From a candidate division WOR-3 bacterium (lineage in GTDB: Bacteria; SDB-A), in NCBI GenBank assembly GCA_016934535.1, contig JAFGSQ010000006.1:2617-66616 (forward strand): DNA of 64,000 nucleotides, in the 5' to 3' direction. How positions within the stretch are numbered: position 1 is the stretch's first letter; each line of letters opens with the position of its first letter. The notes under the pieces are model-generated. The model saw nothing but the letters and a program-made list of their open reading frames with translations. It was not told where the DNA came from and did not search any database. Position numbers and translations under genes: made by a program. Below are positions 58,224 through 64,000 of this stretch, in pieces.

Positions 58224-58428
58224 GCCTTTTCCTTTACTGTTTGCTTTCCACCAAGTTCAGCGTACGTAAATAAAAATTTATTTTGAAAAAAGACGGCATA
58301 TTATACAAGAATACTTTTATTATGAGAATTAAAAAAATAATTTTTTTTACAGAATAAATGATTCGAAAATGTTGTCTTTATTTGGGGTACTTGTTTAAAT
58401 GTTCACATTGATCCTGCATACGTAGAAA

Positions 58429-59187
58429 TCAATCGCTTGTCGGGAATATTTTTGTTTGACACCTTACAAGATTAACAAGCTTTATACCTCCGCATTTTTT
58501 CATCGCACTGAAGCTCATACCTTTTTTTATATTTTCAAGAACGAGATCAGTATCAGTGACATACGAACCGGAAATAACGTCTATACCATAATCGAAAAGA
58601 ATTTTCGTCAATGGAGTGGTCGGCCCTAATAAAATTTTAACGCTTTCATCCGGGCAAAGCTTTAGAAGATTCGATAAAGTGTGATTTATAAAAGTTGTGC
58701 TCGTTATGGCAATGATGTCCGACTCGGGTAAATATGTCTTGCTGTCGCCTTCCTGAAAGTCTCCCGGCTTAGGCTTTTTTTCAATAACCCACAGATTTTT
58801 AGTGACATTCCTGAGTTCATCGACAAAAGGAAAATGACCTACGACAGACACGTTTTTCCCTTTTCCTGATTTTATAATGAAATCCTTGGAATTAAATTCC
58901 TCACAAGATTCAATATCAATGTCAATGACAGAATTTATCGCGGCCATACCGAGTGATGCTTCGGCAATATCGTCCGAAAGAGATAATGAAGCGAGTTTAT
59001 CGGCGGACATGTCCGAATATTTATCGGCAAAGTTTTCATGTCCGTATTTCCCGCAATTTCTTCCGTTTAAAGCAGAAGATAATCCGCATCGCCTGCTGAC
59101 AACGCCCGTCCAAAGAGAGCCTTTTCTTATTGCGCTTACTTTCACTCCCTTTTCAAGGTCGGATATTATTTCTTTGAGAATTTTCAT
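58429..59187 (-). CDS. DUF364/DUF4213-like Rossmann-fold protein (putative heavy-metal chelation domain)
   Basis: Start set at the internal ATG (MKILKEIISD) that overlaps the upstream stop as ATGA. ~250 aa, paralogous to the adjacent gene. The family assignment is from memory of PF04016/PF13938 and needs checking. Confidence 0.45.
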   Translation of the reverse strand: MKILKEIISDLEKGVKVSAIRKGSLWTGVVSRRCGLSSALNGRNCGKYGHENFADKYSDMSADKLASLSLSDDIAEASLGMAAINSVIDIDIESCEEFNSKDFIIKSGKGKNVSVVGHFPFVDELRNVTKNLWVIEKKPKPGDFQEGDSKTYLPESDIIAITSTTFINHTLSNLLKLCPDESVKILLGPTTPLTKILFDYGIDVISGSYVTDTDLVLENIKKGMSFSAMKKCGGIKLVNLVRCQTKIFPTSD

Positions 59188-59954
59188 GTTGACGCCTTTT
59201 CTCTGCTCCGCGGGCATATTCTGTTCAATCCCAACAATTCGCATATTCCTGCGCATGTGACACCGAAAATTATATACTTTTTATTGTGTCGGCATATTTT
59301 TTCCCAGATACCGTCAAACGAGTCATTTACAAAAGTTGTACCTGTGAGAAGAACAACGTCAGATTCCCTGATGAGTCTTTCAGTTTCGGTTTCGCCGTCC
59401 CAAATTATTGTTCCATACTTTTCCACTCCTATATTCGCAGGATTTAGATCGGTTGCTCTTATGTTCCCGGTTCCGAAATTTCTGCGGAGGGAATCCAGTA
59501 TGGCGGGATTCAATCCTATGAGGCCAACGACGGAAGAAGAAAACTCATTATTAATGAATGAAGATATTTCCTGAGCACATTCTTCCGGATCCTCGTCTTT
59601 GCAGTGGATGGTGTTTTTCACAATTGAAAGATGTTTCAAAACAGAGTTCATTGCGGCGATAAACAAAGCACGTCTGCTGTTGTCAGAAAGCGACATTTCT
59701 AACACATCTTTCAACTTTCCTGTAAATTCCCTTGGCGTGTCAGTAAATACGTGCGCTTTTGACCCGACAAAATCAGCCTCAATTACTCTTTCTTTACCGA
59801 TCAGGATAGGGAAATCCCTCCTTCCCGGCGAACCTATGGCTTCTTCCGGTGACAGGGTTTTAACAAGTATCGAGATATTACAATCCATAAGATTCTTTTC
59901 TATTACTATTTTTCTGAATATTTCTTTTGCAGTTATCAGTGCTTTAGTTATCAT
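59184..59954 (-). CDS. DUF364/DUF4213-like Rossmann-fold protein (paralog)
   Basis: 256 aa with similar length and pattern (VVLLTGTTFVND...IIFGVTCAG) to the downstream paralog (ILLGPTTPL...VISGSYVTD). Confidence 0.45.
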   Translation of the reverse strand: MITKALITAKEIFRKIVIEKNLMDCNISILVKTLSPEEAIGSPGRRDFPILIGKERVIEADFVGSKAHVFTDTPREFTGKLKDVLEMSLSDNSRRALFIAAMNSVLKHLSIVKNTIHCKDEDPEECAQEISSFINNEFSSSVVGLIGLNPAILDSLRRNFGTGNIRATDLNPANIGVEKYGTIIWDGETETERLIRESDVVLLTGTTFVNDSFDGIWEKICRHNKKYIIFGVTCAGICELLGLNRICPRSREKAST

Positions 59955-60015
59955 TAAACATCCTCGATCAAGCTTTGAAAAGTTTTTACAAAAAAAATAT
60001 ATAGAAACAAATTAT

Positions 60016-60792
60016 CTATTTTTCAGCCACAACGAGCATTTCAAAATCTTCCGTCGTCAGTTTGTCATCTCTCGAAAAAGCGCCGAGTTTCGCGCCGAAT
60101 ATATCGATTTTTTTGTACCCCAGGGTCTTTAAAAGCCACGTTATCTCGCTCGGTACGTAATACCTTTCGTCGCACTCCAGGGATATTTTCGCTCCTTCGT
60201 CGTTTTCCAGTTCAGTTATGTTGTGGTCTCTGAATGTCATGAGATCGAAAGTGTTGCTCCTGTATGTCGCGTTGCCCTGCGCCGAATCTTTGGCACAAAA
60301 CTCTTCGACAGAATGATACAGAGGAAAAAGTCCGTTTAATGTCGTGAATATCAATTTCCCACCGTTTTTAAGAGACTTCGTAGCACTTTTAAGAATTTCA
60401 TAGTTCATTTCGTCGGTCTCCATCAGAGGGAAACCGCCTTCACAGAGCATTATGACTGATTCAAATTCTGCTTCAAAAGGAAGATTTCTCGCGTCGTGCT
60501 TCGAAAAATCAATCCTGAGACCCGATTTTTCGGCTTTTTCTCTCGCTTTTACGAGCATGGATTCAGACATGTCTATTCCTTTGACTTTGTAACCTCTTCT
60601 GGTCAACTCGATTGAATGCCTTCCTGTCCCGCATCCGACATCGAGAATTTTGACCGATTTATCTTTGTTCAACTCCTTTTCAATAAAATCGCACTCACCG
60701 ATGGTTCCTCTTGTAAAAGTCTCTTTGTCGTAAGTGTCTCCGTAATTTTCGAACAAAGCTTCATACCATTTTTTTTTATTCATTAGTCTCAC
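60016..60792 (-). CDS. Class I SAM-dependent methyltransferase
   Basis: Motif I ILDVGCGTGRHS, post-I acidic residue (GIDMSESM) and motif II/III region VIMLCEGGF...GGKLIFTT. Confidence 0.75.
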   Translation of the reverse strand: MRLMNKKKWYEALFENYGDTYDKETFTRGTIGECDFIEKELNKDKSVKILDVGCGTGRHSIELTRRGYKVKGIDMSESMLVKAREKAEKSGLRIDFSKHDARNLPFEAEFESVIMLCEGGFPLMETDEMNYEILKSATKSLKNGGKLIFTTLNGLFPLYHSVEEFCAKDSAQGNATYRSNTFDLMTFRDHNITELENDEGAKISLECDERYYVPSEITWLLKTLGYKKIDIFGAKLGAFSRDDKLTTEDFEMLVVAEK

Positions 60793-60810
60793 CCCGTAAT
60801 TTCATGTTTT

Positions 60811-61302
60811 TTAATATCTTCGAGGGATTTTTTCTCCGCACGAACGGCATGCCTCATCATACCAGCCCATCCTCTTTCCGCATTTTCTGCACTTCCAGTA
60901 TTCATTTTGAGACTTCAACCATTCGTCCTTGCCTAGTCTTTTTATATCCATCATATTGTTTATTATGAATCTTACATGAGGCAGTGAGACTTTTAACGAA
61001 TCAACAGCCACCTTCATCTCTTTTAAGAGAGTACAGGGAAAATCCGGGCATTCAAAACAGAATTGAACCTGTTTGTTTTTAGCGCATTCCCGCATTTTAC
61101 ATTTTTTACAGCCCTCAAAAACCAGATCAGACTTACAACCCCTGCACTCAATCCTGGCTGGACTTATGTGGTTTTTAATCGGTTCGGGAAAATCAGCCCA
61201 CTCAAAACACCGGCCTTCTTCCGAAGTTCTTTTGTAAGCGAGTAAAATTTCACAAGCTCCGCAGAAAAGACCGCAATATGAATCTTCGTAGAAAACAGAC
61301 AT
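60811..61302 (-). CDS. Cys-rich protein, DUF3795-like (16 Cys in 163 aa)
   Basis: Multiple CxxC/CxxxC pairs (CGLFCGAC, CRGC, CKKCKMREC, CFECPDFPC, CRKCGKRMGWYDEACRSC). The family name is recalled, not verified. Confidence 0.45.
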   Translation of the reverse strand: MSVFYEDSYCGLFCGACEILLAYKRTSEEGRCFEWADFPEPIKNHISPARIECRGCKSDLVFEGCKKCKMRECAKNKQVQFCFECPDFPCTLLKEMKVAVDSLKVSLPHVRFIINNMMDIKRLGKDEWLKSQNEYWKCRKCGKRMGWYDEACRSCGEKIPRRY

Positions 61303-61385
61303 CTATACTCCCTCATAACAACTTTTAAAATCTCCACCGAAGACATTTATACTCATTAATACTTTAAAACACTGCTTTTCGATTA

Positions 61386-62828
61386 TCATATCAAAAGTTC
61401 CCAATCAGTTCTGTTCGGATAATCGAGAAGCTTGATTCCTTTGCTCATTAATTCAGCCCTTATGCCGTCGGCTGAAGTGTAATCTTTTGTTTTCTTGAAC
61501 TCATTCCGGGCGTCGATTGTTTTTTGGAGTTCTTCCTGCTTTAGATTCAACCTGTTTAAATACTTTAATTTTATTTTTTCAACCACATCACGGGGGTCGT
61601 CGTTTAATAAATTAAGCACTTTTGAAATGACTTCGAAGTCTTTTTTGAAAAGCGAAATTATTTTCACTTTTTCCTCTTCACTCGTTTTTTTGTCCGACAA
61701 TATCCTGTTTGCTTCGCTGAAGGCGTTTGATAATTCGGCAATGACCTTTGCCGTGTTGAAATTGTCGTCCATGCCCTGTTCAAATAGTTCTTTCAATCCA
61801 TTGCCTTTTGATTGCAGCTCAGGCCTTTTAATATCTGAAGCGCTTTCCAGAAAACGGTTTACAGAAAGGAGCGATTTGTAAAAATAGAAAACTCTCTTCT
61901 CTGCGTTTTTGAATGCGTCCTCGGAAAAATCGATGTTTGAAGAATAATGATGCGACAGGATAATGTATCTGATCACATCGGGTTCGAATTTTTCGAGAGC
62001 TTCCTTTATTGTATAGAAATTTCCGAGGCTCTTGCTCATTTTCTGGTTGTTGACCATCACCAGGCCGTTGTGTATCCAGTAGCGGGAAAACGGTTTTCCC
62101 GTCAAACTCTCGCTTTGAGCTATTTCATTTTCATGATGAGGGAAAAGCAGGTCAACTCCTCCGCCGTGTATATCCAGCGTATCTCCCAAAAGTTCACGGG
62201 CCATGACCGAGCACTCGATGTGCCAGCCCGGCCTTCCTTTTCCCCAGGGGGATTCCCATGACGGCTCGCCCGGTTTAGCGGCTTTCCACAGGGCGAAATC
62301 TGCCGGATTTTTCTTGCTTTCAGAAGGTTCCTGCTCGAGCAATTCCTCGGTTTTCCTGTTTGACAGTTTTCCGTATCCTTTGAATTTATCTACTGAAAAA
62401 AGAACGTCTCCCCGCGATTCGTATGCGAAACCTTTTTCAATCAATTCTTCTATAAATTTTATAATGTCTTTGACGTGGTCGGTGACTTTTGGTTCTGCCG
62501 TCGCGGATCTGACTTTTATCTTTTGTAAATCATTCCGGGTCTCTTCAATGTAATGACTGCTGATTTCAGACGCGGATTTACCTGTCTCAAAAGCTTTATT
62601 TATTATTTTATCGTCTATGTCTGTAAAATTTCTTACATAAAAAACCTTAAAGCCTCTGTATTCGAGATAACTTCTTATGACGTCAAAAAAAACTGCCTGG
62701 CTGGCGTGACCGATGTGAGCTTCGTCGTAAACGGTCACACCGCAGGCATAAAGTTTTACGTTGTTTGAATCTTCTGGCCTGAATTCTTCCAAAGACCTGC
62801 TTAAAGTATTGTAAATTTTAATGCTCAT
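61386..62828 (-). CDS. cysS: Cysteinyl-tRNA synthetase
   Basis: Start set at the internal ATG (MSIKIYNTLSR) with AGGAAGG upstream. HIGH motif (AHIGHA), zinc-binding Cys (YACGVTVYD) and KMSKS. Confidence 0.9.
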   Translation of the reverse strand: MSIKIYNTLSRSLEEFRPEDSNNVKLYACGVTVYDEAHIGHASQAVFFDVIRSYLEYRGFKVFYVRNFTDIDDKIINKAFETGKSASEISSHYIEETRNDLQKIKVRSATAEPKVTDHVKDIIKFIEELIEKGFAYESRGDVLFSVDKFKGYGKLSNRKTEELLEQEPSESKKNPADFALWKAAKPGEPSWESPWGKGRPGWHIECSVMARELLGDTLDIHGGGVDLLFPHHENEIAQSESLTGKPFSRYWIHNGLVMVNNQKMSKSLGNFYTIKEALEKFEPDVIRYIILSHHYSSNIDFSEDAFKNAEKRVFYFYKSLLSVNRFLESASDIKRPELQSKGNGLKELFEQGMDDNFNTAKVIAELSNAFSEANRILSDKKTSEEEKVKIISLFKKDFEVISKVLNLLNDDPRDVVEKIKLKYLNRLNLKQEELQKTIDARNEFKKTKDYTSADGIRAELMSKGIKLLDYPNRTDWELLI

Positions 62829-62905
62829 GTCATACCTTCCTGTTTTTGCAGACATAAAATATACACGAAAAGAATATTAAAATCAGTCAAATTCCCGAAT
62901 TCAGA

Positions 62906-63094
62906 TACCGATTACCTTTCCTTCTTTTTCGTACACAAATGCTTTATAAATCTCTGATCTCGTATACATCTCGTCGAATTTTTTTTTAAGACTTGAAAAT
63001 CATTGTGAAAATTACAATCTATGGATTCCGACAATTCTTTCAATAGATTCATCAGGTCCGAAAGATCTTCATCGCGCCATTCACGAATACTCAT
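62906..63094 (-). pseudogene. Truncated, frameshifted remnant of a GNAT acetyltransferase
   Basis: Frame 1 reads MSIREWRDEDLSDLMNLLKELSESID..., a GNAT-like N-terminus. After an A9 homopolymer the GNAT-like continuation FDEMYTRSEIYKAFVYEKEGKVIGI is in the +1 frame. All frames stop before a full ~150-aa GNAT is reached. Confidence 0.35.
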
Positions 63095-63113
63095 TTTTTA
63101 CCTCAGGTATAAT

Positions 63114-64000
63114 TTACGCAATTGTTGATTTAAATTTCTTTCTGTCTTTTTTACAAATCGCTTTCAAAAGTCTTCTCCCCGACATGACACCGGTCGGCAG
63201 ACCGCCTCCCGGTTCTACCCACTGTCCGCACATGTAAAAATCGGCCAATCCGGGTAACGTCTGGCTCATAGGTTTCATGACAACATGGGAATTTTCAGGC
63301 GTTATCAGCCAGCCTTCGAAACTGCCTTTCCAATTACCCGTAAATCTTTCAAAAGTCAGAGGTGTAGCGACGTCGGACATCTCTATCTGGTTTGATATTC
63401 CGGCAAATCGTTCTTCGAGCGCTTCGATGACAATTTTTGTTATCTGCTCTTTTTTCTGCTGATAAGCCGTTTTATCCCTGGCGATTTCCTTCCAGTATTC
63501 GTAACTGCTCGACAGCATGACGGTGAGACAAGTCTTGCCGGCGGGAGCCATGGTAGCATCCTGATTGAATATATGAACGGAAAGGCATTTAATCATCGAA
63601 CCGCCAATTTCAACGGGTTTTTTCAATTGAAAGCAAATACCAGAGACCGTTTTCGGTTCGTTTTCAAACGACTTGTTCACTCCCAATCCGACATATACCA
63701 GAGGAGGAAAAATTTTCCACTTTTCGTAGGTTTCCCGGATTTTCTCGTCCGTATATTTGCCGTCCAGCATTTTAAATATCGTAGTATGCCCGTCTGCCGC
63801 CGAAATAAATTTTTCCGCTCTATGTTCTGTCCCGTCTGATAACTTCACTCCGACCGCTTTGTCATTTTCTGTCAAGATTTTATCCACTCGCTTTCCGTAA
63901 TGAATGACTCCGCCCAAATCTTTGTATCTCTTTTCAAGCGCTCGCGACAAAGGCATTGAACCGCCGACAGGATATCCGGCATTTTTGTTGTGAAGAAAAG
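63114..64000 (-). CDS. FAD-dependent oxidoreductase, phytoene-desaturase (CrtI)-like family. C-terminal ~290 aa; the N-terminus runs off the window end.
   Basis: The C-terminal region is typical of the CrtI/amine-oxidase superfamily (GQWVEPGGGLPTGVMSGRRL near the end). The ORF remains open to position 64000. Confidence 0.55.
   Translation of the reverse strand, partial: FLHNKNAGYPVGGSMPLSRALEKRYKDLGGVIHYGKRVDKILTENDKAVGVKLSDGTEHRAEKFISAADGHTTIFKMLDGKYTDEKIRETYEKWKIFPPLVYVGLGVNKSFENEPKTVSGICFQLKKPVEIGGSMIKCLSVHIFNQDATMAPAGKTCLTVMLSSSYEYWKEIARDKTAYQQKKEQITKIVIEALEERFAGISNQIEMSDVATPLTFERFTGNWKGSFEGWLITPENSHVVMKPMSQTLPGLADFYMCGQWVEPGGGLPTGVMSGRRLLKAICKKDRKKFKSTIA

Noticed and set aside
62829-62855. 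Upstream ATG (62855) as the cysS start and 59256 as the DUF364 start
   Set aside because: The internal ATGs (62828; 59187) have Shine-Dalgarno sequences or translational coupling and match family N-termini. The longer versions add non-conserved leaders.
1-64000. Search for tRNA/rRNA genes, CRISPR repeats, IS elements and integrases
   Set aside because: Intergenic spacers are short (mostly under 250 bp) and none shows tRNA T-loop/acceptor features, repeat-spacer periodicity, terminal inverted repeats or transposase/integrase ORFs.

Overview
64 kb of a low-GC, densely coding bacterial chromosome with 55-60 genes, mostly on the minus strand. The gene content points to an anaerobic, amino-acid-fermenting member of the Fibrobacteres-Chlorobi-Bacteroidetes (FCB) group, possibly Cloacimonadota-like; this is inferred from content only. 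Three secreted proteins (a C25 gingipain-like peptidase, an M14 carboxypeptidase and one of unknown function) end in type IX secretion (T9SS) C-terminal sorting domains. Main modules: (i) buk-ptb-Na+/solute symporter-korA, a butyrate-type acyl-CoA to acid ATP-yielding module next to a 2-oxoacid:ferredoxin oxidoreductase. (ii) A DEAD-box helicase, an orphan alpha/beta hydrolase and the C25 peptidase. (iii) Two very large paralogous proteins (1328 and 1241 aa), each with tandem class-III nucleotide-cyclase-like domains, a P-loop STAND-type ATPase and a long TPR array; they flank an HlyD/ABC-2 exporter operon, and the first is translationally abutted to fpg/mutM. (iv) An arsR-arsC locus with two unannotated small ORFs, one Cys-rich and one Lys/Gly-rich, both with RBS and terminators, plus a CPBP intramembrane protease. 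(v) A GH130/GT4 glycoside-phosphorylase and glycosyltransferase cassette. (vi) A block of small detox and modification enzymes (GNATs, VOC, methyltransferase, nitroreductase, Ogt). (vii) A cation:proton antiporter (CPA2) fused to a PTS EIIA-type domain. (viii) A tungstate/molybdate module: FmdE, a TupABC-like ABC importer, an NAD-type formate dehydrogenase FdhAB and two tandem DUF364 putative metal-chelation proteins. The FdhA gene is split in the ORF track by an in-frame TGA; this TGA is followed by a hairpin almost identical to the E. coli fdhF SECIS, so I call it a single selenocysteine-containing gene. No rRNA, tRNA, CRISPR array or obvious mobile element was seen.
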